Origin: an uncultured Candidatus Binatia bacterium
Lineage (GTDB): Bacteria > Desulfobacterota > Binatia > UBA9968 > JAJDTQ01
Direction: 5' to 3'
DNA length: 64,000 nucleotides
NCBI GenBank assembly: GCA_964291295.2
Contig: OZ219754.1
Coordinates: 1,728,001 to 1,792,000 of the forward strand
Both the position numbers and the translations under genes were made by a program. The notes beneath the pieces were generated by a model, which was given only the letters and a program-made list of their open reading frames with translations, made no database searches and was not told the origin of the DNA. Shown here one piece after another: positions 18,508 through 28,922 of this stretch; the stretch's first letter is position 1; every line of letters begins with the position of its first letter.

Positions 18508-21381
18508 TCACTCCCTTGGCGGGAACTCGAATCCGACCTTGCCGCGGTTGCCGAGGGTGAGCCAGGCGGCGAAGGGCCGGCCGGACCTGGACGAGATGAA
18601 GTTCGGCAGGAGTTCGGTCTTTCCTTCGGCCAGCAGCCGGGTCATCTCGGCCCGTTCCAGGGGCTGATCGAGGATGACGGTGGCGGTCTTGAAGCGGCAG
18701 GGTCGCGTCTCCGCCTGAAAGTTCTCGCATACGTACTCGCGGTTCCACTCGAAGACCCGGCCGTCGCACCGGGGGCACTGGCCCAAGGATTCCTGACCCG
18801 AGAAGTCGGCCTTGACCGCCGGTTTGCCCCCGGCGCTATCGGCCTTCTTCCTGTCGGGGCGCGGTTCGAACTCGAAGCTCACCTTGCCTTCCTTCATCAC
18901 CAGGAAGGCCTTGAATGAACGGCCGGTGCGCGACGACACGAATCCCGTCAGGAGATCGGTCTTTCCTTCCGCCAGCAGTTTCGCCATCTGTTCCCGCGCC
19001 ACTTCCTGGCGCAGGATGACCCTGCCGGAACCGAACTCGCAGGTGCGTGCGTCGCCGGTGGCGTGCTCGCATACGTAGCGCATGGCCAGCTCGAACACGC
19101 GGCCGCCGCACCGGGGGCATGATCCGAGGGGTTCCTGGCCGGTGAAGTCCGGGGCGCCCTCGACTTCGCCGTCGCCGTTTCGCGATTCGCCGCCGAAGTC
19201 GAACGCGATGCGGAACTCGGGGGACAGTTTCAGCACGGCGGCGAACGGTCGCCCCTGGCGGCTGCGGAATCCCTGCAACGGATCGGTCTGGCCGTTCTCG
19301 ATCAACGTTTCGATTTCCTTGGCCCCGAGCAGCCGCCCGGCCAGGATCTTGGGCAGGTTCACCTCGCAGTTCGTGCACTGGTAGTTCCGGTAGCGCTCGT
19401 GCACCTCGCCCCCGCACCTGGGGCATGGCACCGAGAGGGAGCCGAAGTCGCCCGGAATGGTGTCGTGCTCGTACTGCCGCGCCCGGTCCACGATCTGCCG
19501 GGTCATCTGGGCGATTTCGGCCATGAACTCGTCGCGGCTCTTCTTGCCGCCCTGCATCTGGAACAGCTGGTATTCCCAGTTGCCGGTGAGTTCGGGCCGG
19601 GTGAGTTCCCGGACGCCGAGACCGTTGAGCAGTTCCATGAGCATGAAGGCCTTGGAGGTGGCATGGAGTTCCTTGCCCTCCCGAACGAGGTAGTCCTCGT
19701 CCAGGAGCCCTTCGATGATCGACGCCCGGGTGGCGGAAGTGCCGAGGCCCTTGCCGGCCATGGCCGCGCGCAGATCGTCATCCGTGACCAGTCGGCCCGC
19801 CCCTTCCATGGCGCCGAGCAGTGTGGCTTCGGTGAGCCGCGCCGGCGGCCGGGTCTCGCTCTGCTTGACGTCGACGCCGAGAGTTTCGACCTGCACGGGA
19901 GGGTCGTCGGCCTTCCGGCCCGGCACCATCGTCGCTCCGGACGCACCGGCCCTCGTGGGCGCCGAGGTCGTTCCGTTTGCCTTCAGGGGTGCCAGCGTCT
20001 CGTCCCCCCGCTTCTCGGCGCTCTTGCCATGGACCTCCAGCCAGCCCGCCTTGACCAGGACCTTGCCGGTGGTCTTGAAGGGCTCGCCTTCCACCCGCGT
20101 GATCCGGGTGGTCTCCAGGAATTCGGCGGCGGGGTGGAAGATCGCCAGGAAGCGCCGGGTCACCACGTCGTAGATTCGCTGCTCGATCTCGTTCAGGCGC
20201 CTGGGCGCCTCGGTGGTGGGGATGATCGCGAAGTGGTCCGATACCTTGGCGTTGTTGAAGATGCGCTTGTTGGGCCTGACCCAGCCGTTTTCCAGGATGG
20301 CGCCGGCGAATGGTGCGTACTCCGTGCCCTTGAGCATCTCGAGCGACTCCTTGACCGTGTTCACGTAGTCCTCGGGCAGCGCCCGGGAGTCGGTACGCGG
20401 GTACGTCAACACCTTGTGCCGTTCGTACAGGGTCTGGGCGACCTGCACGGTGCGCCTGGCGCTCAGGCCGAAACGGGCGTTGGCCTCGCGCTGGAGGCTG
20501 GTGAGGTCGAACAGGGGCGGCGGCGCCTGGCGGGTGGGCTTGCTCTCCTCCGTCGCGCTGCCGGCCTGGTCCAGACACTTCTCCCGGATGGCCTCGGCCG
20601 CGGCCTGCTCCCAGATCCGTTCGGCGCGGGCATTGGGTTCGCTGTCCTTTTTCCGGAATCCTTCGTTGAACCACCGTCCCTCATACACGCCGCCCTCGGA
20701 CCTGAAGGTGGCCGTGACCTCCCAGTAGGGCTCGGGTTGGAAATCCCGGATGGCGGCCTCGCGCTCCACCACGATGGCAAGGGTGGGCGTCTGCACCCGG
20801 CCCACGGTGGTCTTGTAGAAGCCGCCGGGCTTGGAGTTGAACGCGGTCATGGCGCGGGTGCCGTTGATGCCCACCAGCCAGTCGGCCTCGGAACGGCTCA
20901 GGGCGGCGTCGGCGAGGGGCTGCATCTCCTCGTCCTCCCGAAGCGTCCCGAACCCGTTGCGGATGGCGTCGGGGGTCATGGACTGGAGCCACAACCGCTT
21001 GATGGGCTTCTTTGCCTTGGCATGGCGGACGATGTTCCGGAAGATGAGTTCACCCTCCCGTCCGGCGTCGCAGGCGTTGACCAGGGCGTCCACGTCCTTG
21101 CGCTTCATCAGCTTCACCAGCAGCTTGAGCCGGGAAGCGTTCTTCTCGATGGGCTTGAGATCGAAGTGGGGCGGTATCACCGGCAGGTTCGCGAAGCTCC
21201 ACTTGCCGCGCTTCGCCTCCACCCCCTCCGGCGGAGTCTGCTCCAGAAGGTGGCCCACCGCCGAGGACAGCACGTACGCGTCGCTCTCGTAGTAGTCCTT
21301 GTGCCGCTTGAAGCCGCCCAGGGCCTTGGCCACATCCGCGGCCACCGAAGGCTTCTCCGCGATGATCAGTGCCTTGCTCAT
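18508..21381 (-). CDS. topB: DNA topoisomerase III
   Basis: MSKALIIAEKPSVA, NACDAGREGELIF, GRVQTPTL, TYPRTDS (catalytic Tyr), C-terminal CPRC and SRxGRxFxA repeats. Confidence 0.93.
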   Translation of the reverse strand: MSKALIIAEKPSVAADVAKALGGFKRHKDYYESDAYVLSSAVGHLLEQTPPEGVEAKRGKWSFANLPVIPPHFDLKPIEKNASRLKLLVKLMKRKDVDALVNACDAGREGELIFRNIVRHAKAKKPIKRLWLQSMTPDAIRNGFGTLREDEEMQPLADAALSRSEADWLVGINGTRAMTAFNSKPGGFYKTTVGRVQTPTLAIVVEREAAIRDFQPEPYWEVTATFRSEGGVYEGRWFNEGFRKKDSEPNARAERIWEQAAAEAIREKCLDQAGSATEESKPTRQAPPPLFDLTSLQREANARFGLSARRTVQVAQTLYERHKVLTYPRTDSRALPEDYVNTVKESLEMLKGTEYAPFAGAILENGWVRPNKRIFNNAKVSDHFAIIPTTEAPRRLNEIEQRIYDVVTRRFLAIFHPAAEFLETTRITRVEGEPFKTTGKVLVKAGWLEVHGKSAEKRGDETLAPLKANGTTSAPTRAGASGATMVPGRKADDPPVQVETLGVDVKQSETRPPARLTEATLLGAMEGAGRLVTDDDLRAAMAGKGLGTSATRASIIEGLLDEDYLVREGKELHATSKAFMLMELLNGLGVRELTRPELTGNWEYQLFQMQGGKKSRDEFMAEIAQMTRQIVDRARQYEHDTIPGDFGSLSVPCPRCGGEVHERYRNYQCTNCEVNLPKILAGRLLGAKEIETLIENGQTDPLQGFRSRQGRPFAAVLKLSPEFRIAFDFGGESRNGDGEVEGAPDFTGQEPLGSCPRCGGRVFELAMRYVCEHATGDARTCEFGSGRVILRQEVAREQMAKLLAEGKTDLLTGFVSSRTGRSFKAFLVMKEGKVSFEFEPRPDRKKADSAGGKPAVKADFSGQESLGQCPRCDGRVFEWNREYVCENFQAETRPCRFKTATVILDQPLERAEMTRLLAEGKTELLPNFISSRSGRPFAAWLTLGNRGKVGFEFPPRE

Positions 21382-21636
21382 GTGGATGTCTCGATTCGGT
21401 GTCTTGATGGGGGTCTCAACAGGGTCTCGATTCGGCGGAAACCCGCACGGGGTCCGCTCCCTCCGCGCCTCCGGCGCGAGCGTGTGAACAGTGCATATGT
21501 CCAAATAGAACATACCTGTCAAGGCGGCGCGGGCAAGCCGTTCGCGGTGCGGGGTGAATCGTTGTAGAAATGGATCGTCGGCCCCCACGGTCCGGGGCAA
21601 GACCGCTTTCGTGGCTCCTGAAGGAGGAACGGACCC

Positions 21637-22464
21637 ATGCCCAATGTGAAGTGCGCCACCGGCGTCGACCTCCATTATGAGACCTTCGGCGAGGGCGAAC
21701 CGCTGATCTTCGTGCCCTCCACCGCCTATTCCGGCGAGGTCTGGAAGCCTTCGCAGATGCCGCTGGCGGATTCCCTGAACCTCATCTTTCACGACCCCCG
21801 GGGGTGCGGGCGCTCGGTGGCGCAGCAGAGCGTCTACACCATCGAACTCATGGCCATGGACGTCGTGGCGCTGATGGACCATATCGGCTGTGCTTCGGCC
21901 CACCTCATCGGCCACTCCATGGGAGGGCGCATCGCGTTGTCCCTGGCCCAGAACTTTCCCGGCCGGATCAAGAGCCTGATCATGGCGGCCGCGGGCTCGG
22001 GCACCGCGGGCCGGGCCGGGCCGGACTGCGTTCCGGGTCTGCCCCATGAACTGGTCCACGAGTTGGTGAGCAAGGGCTTCGAGAAGTTCGTTCGCGACGA
22101 GATCGTGGACTCGGACACCTTTTTCACCGCGGACTACCGGGACAGCCATGGCGACCGGGTGGAGGCCTTCTACCAACTCGCCTGGGAGACCCATGCCAGG
22201 CTGCCGGAGTTCATTCATCTGATCATGGCACGCCACAGCTTCGAGGGCACCCATCGTCTCCAGGACGTGAAGTGCCCGACCCTGGTGCTGATCGGCGACG
22301 GCGACACCGTGGGCAGCAACCACGTGGCCCAGGCCCGGGTGCTGGCGGACCGGATCCCCGGTGCCGAGCTCCAGGTTCTGGCGGGACAAACCCACGGGTT
22401 CTTCTGGCAGGACCCGGCGCTTGCCAACGACGCGATCCTGTCCTGGGTGAAGCGTCAGAGTTGA
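21637..22464 (+). CDS. Alpha/beta fold hydrolase
   Basis: DPRGCGRS, GHSMGG, THGFF; GGAGG RBS. Confidence 0.88.
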   Translation: MPNVKCATGVDLHYETFGEGEPLIFVPSTAYSGEVWKPSQMPLADSLNLIFHDPRGCGRSVAQQSVYTIELMAMDVVALMDHIGCASAHLIGHSMGGRIALSLAQNFPGRIKSLIMAAAGSGTAGRAGPDCVPGLPHELVHELVSKGFEKFVRDEIVDSDTFFTADYRDSHGDRVEAFYQLAWETHARLPEFIHLIMARHSFEGTHRLQDVKCPTLVLIGDGDTVGSNHVAQARVLADRIPGAELQVLAGQTHGFFWQDPALANDAILSWVKRQS

Positions 22465-22510
22465 CGCGCCGCCCTGCCGGAACGCCGAGCCGACCCTTCT
22501 TCCGGTCTTC

Positions 22511-23728
22511 ATGCCGCATCAGGCTGCCCGGCCGAGTTTCTGGACGCGCACGTTCATCCTGTTGAGCGCGTCGCAGTTCCTTGCCTACGGGCACCATGCC
22601 GCGCTGACGCCCACGCTGCCCCTGTATCTGGACCACTTGGGCAGTTCGCCTTTCATGGTGGGCCTGCTGCTGGCCTGCTTCAGCGCCACCAGCGTGGTGA
22701 TCCGGCCGCTGGTGGGTACATGGGTGGACTCCGGGGGCGAGCTTCGGGTCCTCGGTCTGAGTTGCCTCGGCCTGTGCGTGACCGTGCTGATCTTCATCGT
22801 CCCCAATGTCGAAGGCGCCTTTGCAGCCAACCTCCTGCGGGGTTTTTCCTGGGCCGGCATCAATACCAGCGGCTATGCGTTCCTGGCCGCGGTGGTGCCC
22901 CCCGACCGCAGGGGTGAGGCCAGCGGTTATTACTCCGGCATCCAGAGCAGCGCCTCCCTGTTCTTTCCCCCGGCGGCGTTGTGGATCATCGGCCTCCCGG
23001 CGGGCGGCCATGCCGCGGTTTTCGTCGTATCCAGCGCCGCCGCGCTGCTGGCGGCCGTGCTGGCACGGGCATGCGGCCGGAGTGTGCGCCGCGGTCCCGC
23101 GCCGCCCGCCCCGGCCGTCGTCGCCCGTCCCGCCGCCCGTCCTGTCCGCCGGTGGCGGAACTGTTTCGACCGGGGAATCCTGTTCACGGCCCTGCTGCTC
23201 TTCTGCATGAACCTGCCCTGGTCGGGCCTCAATTCCTTCATCGTCCTGTATGCCCGGGAGGTGGGCATCGAGAACCTGGGCTGGTACTTCGCGGCCATCG
23301 GACTGGCCAGCGTCGTGGGCCGGCCGCTGCTCGGCCGGGTGTCGGACAAGGTCGGCCGCGGGCCTGCGGTGGCGGCGGCCTATGTGCTGGAGATCGCCGG
23401 CGTCGCTCTGGTGCTGCTGGCGTCCGACGTCACCGTGATGGCGCTTGCGGGAGCGTTGTACTTCTTCGGCTATGCCCTGGGTGTTTCGACTACGCTGGCC
23501 CTGGCCATGGAGCGGGGCGACCCCAAGCGCCGCGGTGTCACCATGGCCACCTTCTCCATGGCGTTCCCGCTGGGCTCCGGGCTGGGATCGGCCCTCTCCG
23601 GCGGCGTGATCGCGGTGGCGGGGTACCGCGGCATGTACATGAGCATGGTCGGGGTGCTGGCGTCGGGGTTGGTGCTGTCTCTGTGCAATCGGGCGGCGTT
23701 GACCGCGCCGGCGCGCCCGGCCGCGTGA
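22511..23728 (+). CDS. MFS transporter
   Basis: About 12 hydrophobic segments; GRVSDKVGR, RRGEASGY. Confidence 0.88.
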   Translation: MPHQAARPSFWTRTFILLSASQFLAYGHHAALTPTLPLYLDHLGSSPFMVGLLLACFSATSVVIRPLVGTWVDSGGELRVLGLSCLGLCVTVLIFIVPNVEGAFAANLLRGFSWAGINTSGYAFLAAVVPPDRRGEASGYYSGIQSSASLFFPPAALWIIGLPAGGHAAVFVVSSAAALLAAVLARACGRSVRRGPAPPAPAVVARPAARPVRRWRNCFDRGILFTALLLFCMNLPWSGLNSFIVLYAREVGIENLGWYFAAIGLASVVGRPLLGRVSDKVGRGPAVAAAYVLEIAGVALVLLASDVTVMALAGALYFFGYALGVSTTLALAMERGDPKRRGVTMATFSMAFPLGSGLGSALSGGVIAVAGYRGMYMSMVGVLASGLVLSLCNRAALTAPARPAA

Positions 23729-23829
23729 ACGGAAAGGTTTTCCCATCGGGCCGGGCTTGTGTTAGCTTGGCGGCTGGTTCAAGAGGGCACAGTCTGTTCC
23801 GGATCATCAAAAAGGCGAAGGAGGTTCTC

Positions 23830-24930
23830 ATGGTTCTCGACGTGTTCAGGAAGAAGAGCCGGTCGCGGCGGTCCCTTGGCGGTGTCTCTGCCGCGGTGTG
23901 CGCGGTGTCGTTGCTGGTCCCCGCCGGCGCATGGGCGCAACGCTCGGAGGCGGAGCTGGCCAAGCTCTTCGAATCCAAGCCGGTGAACATCATCGTCGGC
24001 TCGGCCCCCGGCGGCGGCTACGACACTTTCTCCCGGCTGGTGGCCCGTTTCGTGGCCCGGTACCTGCCGGGCAACCCGTCCTTCATCGTCCGCAACGTGC
24101 CGGGAGCGGGTCAGTTGCGCGGTCTGCGCCGGGCCATGAAGGCCAAGCCGGACGGCATGACCCTGGGACTGCTTCATCCCCGGTTCGTCCAGCGTGAACT
24201 GGCGGGCAAGGACGTACCGGACTTCGACCTCAAGACCGTGCGCGTGCTGGGAAGCCCCAGCGCCGGCGAGGTGCCCCGCATCTGGTGCGTGCGCCGCAGC
24301 ATCGGCACGACCTACGCGGATCTGGTCAAGCGCGGCCAGCCCGTGACCACCGGCGGCAACGCCCCGGGCGCGGCTTTCGGCATCGGCCCCCAGTTCGCCA
24401 TGGAGATGGGCGGCCCGGTGAAGATGGTCTACGGCTACGGCGGCACCTCCGAGATCATGGCCGCCTTCGACCGGGACGAAATGGAAGGCGTCGACCGTTG
24501 CGTGGAGGAGAACGTCCCGCGTCTTTTCCCGAAGTGGGTCACGGACAGGAAGGCGGCTCCCATCTTCTGGTGGGAGAAGGAGCCGTCCAGCGACTGGCTG
24601 GGCAAGCTGGGTGCCACCGACGTGCCGCACATCTTCGATGTCGTGAAGTCCACCGAGGAACAGCAGAACGCCTTCCTGGTGGCCCAGAGGTTCAACACCT
24701 TCAGCCGGATCTACGTGCTTCAGCCCAAGGTGCCGAATGATGTCTACAACGTCTGGAAAAAGGCCTTCGAGGAGACCACCAAGGACGCGGATTTCCTGAA
24801 GGCGGCCGGGGTCGCGGGCTACGAGGTCGCACTGGGCACCGCGGAAGACTTCAACGACGGGCTCAAGCGCTACCAGTCGCTGACACCGGACGGCGAGAAG
24901 CTGCTCAAGAAGCTCATGGGCATCAACTAG
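23830..24930 (+). CDS. tctC: Tripartite tricarboxylate transporter substrate-binding protein (TctC/Bug)
   Basis: Signal peptide AWA; IVGSAPGGGYD, PGNPSFIVRNVPGAG, GYGGTSEIMAAFDRDE. Confidence 0.85.
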   Translation: MVLDVFRKKSRSRRSLGGVSAAVCAVSLLVPAGAWAQRSEAELAKLFESKPVNIIVGSAPGGGYDTFSRLVARFVARYLPGNPSFIVRNVPGAGQLRGLRRAMKAKPDGMTLGLLHPRFVQRELAGKDVPDFDLKTVRVLGSPSAGEVPRIWCVRRSIGTTYADLVKRGQPVTTGGNAPGAAFGIGPQFAMEMGGPVKMVYGYGGTSEIMAAFDRDEMEGVDRCVEENVPRLFPKWVTDRKAAPIFWWEKEPSSDWLGKLGATDVPHIFDVVKSTEEQQNAFLVAQRFNTFSRIYVLQPKVPNDVYNVWKKAFEETTKDADFLKAAGVAGYEVALGTAEDFNDGLKRYQSLTPDGEKLLKKLMGIN

Positions 24931-25011
24931 AAACAAGTGGAAGTTGGGGGGAAGGGCGCGGGCGGGTTTCGGACCGCTCCGGCACCGCCGGCAGCCGTCC
25001 CCCGGCAAGCA

Positions 25012-25046
25012 GAAAGGCCATCCGTCATCCGGCGGATGGCCTTTTC
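25012..25046. terminator. Bidirectional rho-independent terminator
   Basis: GAAAGGCCATCCG-loop-CGGATGGCCTTTTC hairpin between convergent tctC and tctB. Confidence 0.75.
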
Positions 25047-25056
25047 GCGTCGGGTG

Positions 25057-25575
25057 TCAGCCCCAGAACAGCCTCAGAAGCGGCGGGTCGTGCCAAGTGG
25101 CGTTCAGGAACCGGTCGTAGACCCCCACGATCAGGGCCAGGAACAGCAGCCCCAGGACCGTGGACCAGAACCATCCGGCGCGACCGTAGACCCACACGTA
25201 GAAGAAGACGCCCAACGGCACGGCGATGTGGAATCCCACCAGCCAGATGGCGGCGTAGAGGCCCACGATGTAGAGACAGATGCGGGCGAAGCGGATGCGT
25301 TCCCCGCGAGGGTCGGCGCCGGTGCGGAAGCCCAGGTCCATGATCTGCTCGGGCCGGGTCTCCCGGGTGGTTCGGATCAGGGTGATCAGGCGCGCGATCC
25401 AGAACGGCGTGCCCAGCCCGACCGCGATACGCGGCATCAGGGCCGAGCCCGCGGGCCAGGAGAAGGACTCGATGAACATGTAGAGGAAGAGTGCGCCGAC
25501 GATGGCCAGCAGGATGATCTCCCCCACCACTTCGACGGTGAAGCCGCGCCGCCTCGTCTCCGCGCCCGGGTCCAT
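25057..25575 (-). CDS. tctB: TctB-family membrane protein
   Basis: About 172 aa, 4-5 TM segments, immediately downstream of tctA; RBS before MDPGAET. Confidence 0.78.
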   Translation of the reverse strand: MDPGAETRRRGFTVEVVGEIILLAIVGALFLYMFIESFSWPAGSALMPRIAVGLGTPFWIARLITLIRTTRETRPEQIMDLGFRTGADPRGERIRFARICLYIVGLYAAIWLVGFHIAVPLGVFFYVWVYGRAGWFWSTVLGLLFLALIVGVYDRFLNATWHDPPLLRLFWG

Positions 25576-25592
25576 GTTCTCGCCTCCGTCCC

Positions 25593-27119
25593 TCACGGAC
25601 CTGGTTCCTGCCCTGTGCCCGTGGACTCTTCCGCCGCCCTTCGGGCCCCCTGTTGCATGCGCAGGCTGACCACCATCACCAGGACCATGACGGCGATGAT
25701 GGTGAGGAACTGCGGGCGCGCGAACATGGACCAGCCGTAACTGTTGGCGGAGAGCCAGAGGTACTTCTCCACGATGTCCGCGAGCACCACGGCGATGAGG
25801 ATCGGCGGGCGCGGCCAGCCGTAGCGCTTCATGAAAAGGCCCAGCACGCCGAAGGCCAGCACCAGCCCCAGATCCTCCATGGACCAGGTGGCCTGGAAGG
25901 CGGCCAGGGTCACCAGCGCGATGATGATGGGTGCAAGAATGTTGGGGGAGATGGCGGCGACACGGGTCAGGTAGGGTGCGAACCAGAGCATGATGGGCAC
26001 GACGATGACGTTGCCCAGCACGATGGTGTAGACCAGGCTGACGGTCAGGTCGAGGTTTTCCGCCAGCATCGCCGGCCCCGGCTGGACCCCCGACAGCACC
26101 AGGATCGCCAGCAGGATGGCCATGCCGCCGCTGCCCGGTATCCCGAACACCACCGTGGGTATCAGCACGCCTCCGTCCACCGAGTTGTTGGCCGAGTCCG
26201 CGGCGATGACGCCGCGCACGTCGCCCGTGCCGAAGCTCTCCATCGCGCCCTTCTCGGTATGACGGGCCTGGGCGTAGGCGATCCAGTGCGCCCCGGAGGA
26301 GCCGATGCCCGGCATCATCCCCACGAAGGTGCCGATGAGCGAGGAGCGTACCAGCAGCCACTTGTTGTTGAGGGCCTCCTTCATGCCCTTGTAGACGTCC
26401 CGGTCCGCCTCCTTCAGCATGGTCTCCAGCCGCTCGCGGGCAATGGGCGTGTTGGACACCACCAGGTCCACCACCTCGGGCAGGGCGAACAGGCCGATGA
26501 CCACCGGGGCCAGGGGGATGCCGTCCCAGAGGTAGTCGATCCCGAAGGTGGTGCGGACGTTGCCGCCGATGACGGAGAAGCCGATCATGGAGATGGCGAG
26601 CCCGAAGCAGGCCGTGAGCATGCCCTTGACGAAGGCGCCCGAGCTGACGATGGCCACGCACATGAGCCCCAGCATCGACAGCAGGAAGAACTCGGCCGCC
26701 CCGAAGAGTCTCAGCAGTTCGCGGGATATGGGCAGTGCCAGCAGGAGCGCCAGTGCGCCGATGATGCCGCCCACCAGCGTGCACATGTAGCTGGCGCCCA
26801 AGGCCACGCCCGCCAGGCCCTTGCGCGCCAGCGGGTAGCCGTCGAGGATCGTTGCCTGGGCCGAGCGGGCGCCGGGAATGCCCATGAGGATGGAGGGGAC
26901 CGGCTCGGTGATGTCGCTGGCGGCGAGGAAGAACACCACGGCCGTCACCGTGATCCACGGATCCACGTAGCCCGCGAACCCCAGCAGCACCACCGCCACC
27001 GGCAGATTGCCCCCGGGCATCAGGCCGGAGACAAGGGCGATGGGCAGCATCAGCAGTATCGCCAGCAGCGGCCCGAGGGAAAAAAGCTTGTCCGCCGCGG
27101 CTATGGCAGCTTCCCACAT
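25593..27119 (-). CDS. tctA: TctA-family permease
   Basis: SILMGIPG, ATILDGYPLARKG, GVIAADSANNS, PTVVFGIPGS. Confidence 0.9.
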   Translation of the reverse strand: MWEAAIAAADKLFSLGPLLAILLMLPIALVSGLMPGGNLPVAVVLLGFAGYVDPWITVTAVVFFLAASDITEPVPSILMGIPGARSAQATILDGYPLARKGLAGVALGASYMCTLVGGIIGALALLLALPISRELLRLFGAAEFFLLSMLGLMCVAIVSSGAFVKGMLTACFGLAISMIGFSVIGGNVRTTFGIDYLWDGIPLAPVVIGLFALPEVVDLVVSNTPIARERLETMLKEADRDVYKGMKEALNNKWLLVRSSLIGTFVGMMPGIGSSGAHWIAYAQARHTEKGAMESFGTGDVRGVIAADSANNSVDGGVLIPTVVFGIPGSGGMAILLAILVLSGVQPGPAMLAENLDLTVSLVYTIVLGNVIVVPIMLWFAPYLTRVAAISPNILAPIIIALVTLAAFQATWSMEDLGLVLAFGVLGLFMKRYGWPRPPILIAVVLADIVEKYLWLSANSYGWSMFARPQFLTIIAVMVLVMVVSLRMQQGARRAAEESTGTGQEPGP

Positions 27120-27510
27120 TTGGTTCTCATCAAGTCCCGTTCCGGCAAGCTGGAAGTGTCTGGAACGCGAAGTGCTGACTTGCCATGACCGGCCTGCGGT
27201 GTCAACTTCCGGCCCCGGCCGCAAGTGCCCTTTCCGGTCGCGGCCCGCGGCCGCTTCGGAGTTGCCGTCCGGCGGCGTCTGTGTGAGGCCGAAACCGGCG
27301 CATCCACAATGCGGCGGGATCACCCCGGGGACGAACCGCCGGACCTGCCCGCGCCGCCCCTCGCCGGGTCCGCGTCCTGCCCTGGCCGACGTTGCGTCAT
27401 CCCGGGCTTGCCGCTCCTTCATGACCTGGTCCTGGCCGACGTTGCACGCCGGCGCCGGTCCCGGCGTTGGCATTTTCCCGTGATCCGGGATAGGCCCTGG
27501 AGCGTCGGAG

Positions 27511-27560
27511 CGATTCCGTCGATTATTTCGTCGATTATTCCGATTCCGTCGATGATTCCG
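27511..27560. repeat. Imperfect short tandem repeat (CGTCGATTATT / CGATTC units)
   Basis: cgattccgtcgattatttcgtcgattattccgattccgtcgatgattccg. Confidence 0.55.
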
Positions 27561-27615
27561 GCGCCGCCGGACGGATACCGCTTTTCCATGCGCGCCCGCT
27601 GTCCCCGGGAGAGAG

Positions 27616-28485
27616 ATGTCCTTCGAGCTGCTCGCCCTTCTTGCCGCATTCTCCTATGCCACGTCGAACATCGCCGCCCGTTGGGGGCTCCGGTACTCGA
27701 CCGCCAACACCGCCGTGCTCTTCTCGCTGGCCATGCACGCCGCGGGGCTGTCGGCGGTTGTCCTTTTCACCGGAGGCGTTCCCGAGGTCCCACGGGCGGC
27801 GCTCTACCTGGTGATGGTCACGGGGGTGCTGCAGACCGTGCTGCGCACCTGTCACTACCTGGCCATCTCCAGGGTGGGCGTGTCCCGGGCCGTCACCCTG
27901 CGCAATACGCATCCGATGCTCACCGTGCTGATCGGCGTCACCGTGCTGGGCGAGCAGGCCAACACCTCCAATCTCGCAGGGGTGGTCCTCATCGTCGGCG
28001 GCACCGCGCTCACTTCGTGGAAGATGGACGAGCAGATACCCGGCTTCCGCCCCTGGTACCTGTTGCTGCCGGTGGCCACCTCGGTCATGACCTCCACGGT
28101 GCATCCCATCCGGCGGTATGCGATGCTGCTGGCCGGCGAGCCGGTTTTCTTTGCGGCGCTGGTGGGGCTCGTCTCCCTGGGCTGCTTCACCACCTATCTG
28201 GCGCTGCCGCTTCCTCGGGACCCCCTTGTCTGGCACCGGAAGGCGTTGCTCCCCTTCGCCGTCTCCGGGGCTGGCGAGACCATGGCGATCCTGCTGCTCT
28301 TCTTTGCCCTGGCATCCGGCCCCACCGTGGTCGTCTCCCCCATCGCCGCCACCTCCCCGGTGTGGACGGCGCTCCTGGCCAGCATCGTGCTGCGCCGCAT
28401 CGAGAACACCACCCCGGCGGTGATCTTCGGCACGCTGCTGGTGGTTTCCGGCGCCGTCTGCGTCACCCTCGGCCGGCACTGGTGA
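27616..28485 (+). CDS. DMT/EamA-family transporter
   Basis: About 10 TM helices in two repeats; VVVSPIAATSP. Confidence 0.88.
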   Translation: MSFELLALLAAFSYATSNIAARWGLRYSTANTAVLFSLAMHAAGLSAVVLFTGGVPEVPRAALYLVMVTGVLQTVLRTCHYLAISRVGVSRAVTLRNTHPMLTVLIGVTVLGEQANTSNLAGVVLIVGGTALTSWKMDEQIPGFRPWYLLLPVATSVMTSTVHPIRRYAMLLAGEPVFFAALVGLVSLGCFTTYLALPLPRDPLVWHRKALLPFAVSGAGETMAILLLFFALASGPTVVVSPIAATSPVWTALLASIVLRRIENTTPAVIFGTLLVVSGAVCVTLGRHW

Positions 28486-28552
28486 GGCGGGACCGGCGTT
28501 CGTCCGCCGGCGGTTGCCTCCGGGTCTCGCGCTTCGTGGCGGCTGGCGGGTC

Positions 28553-28779
28553 AGCGTGGATGGGGGGCCCGGTGCCCGGTCTTGTTGCAGCAGAGGCAGC
28601 CCCCACGGCTGCATGTGAACTGTCGGGGTGCTTGGCGGACGATGCTCGTGGCCCGCGCCACCTCGTCGCCGCCGCGCTCCGGCATGCGCCGCCGGACCCC
28701 CGGGCCGCGGCGAGTCGAGCCAAGGCATCCCCGGCGTTTCGAGGACCACCCGCCGCGTGATGTCCGTGTTCAGGAGCAT
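28553..28779 (-). pseudogene. ChrR-like cupin (anti-ECF sigma) remnant
   Basis: MLLNTDITRRVVLETPGMPWLDSPRPG, then after a frameshift in a G-run GVRRRMPERGGDEVARATSIVRQAP, matching the ChrR-like cupin N-terminus; degenerates after that. Confidence 0.7.
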
Positions 28780-28922
28780 GGCGGTCGAGTGCGGTGGACA
28801 GGAACTCGCCGATGTTTCGCCGATTCGCGGCGGTCCCGCCCGGTTGACCTGTCCGGCCCGCTCATATTAACTTCCAAGGCCGATTCAAGCCTGGAGCGGG
28901 GGTCGGGCCGGCGCGGCAGGGT

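Noticed and set aside
18508-22512. 1334-aa topoisomerase with a long N-terminal extension
   Set aside because: The extension is antisense to the hydrolase at 21637-22464; the canonical start MSKALIIAEKPS is at 21381.
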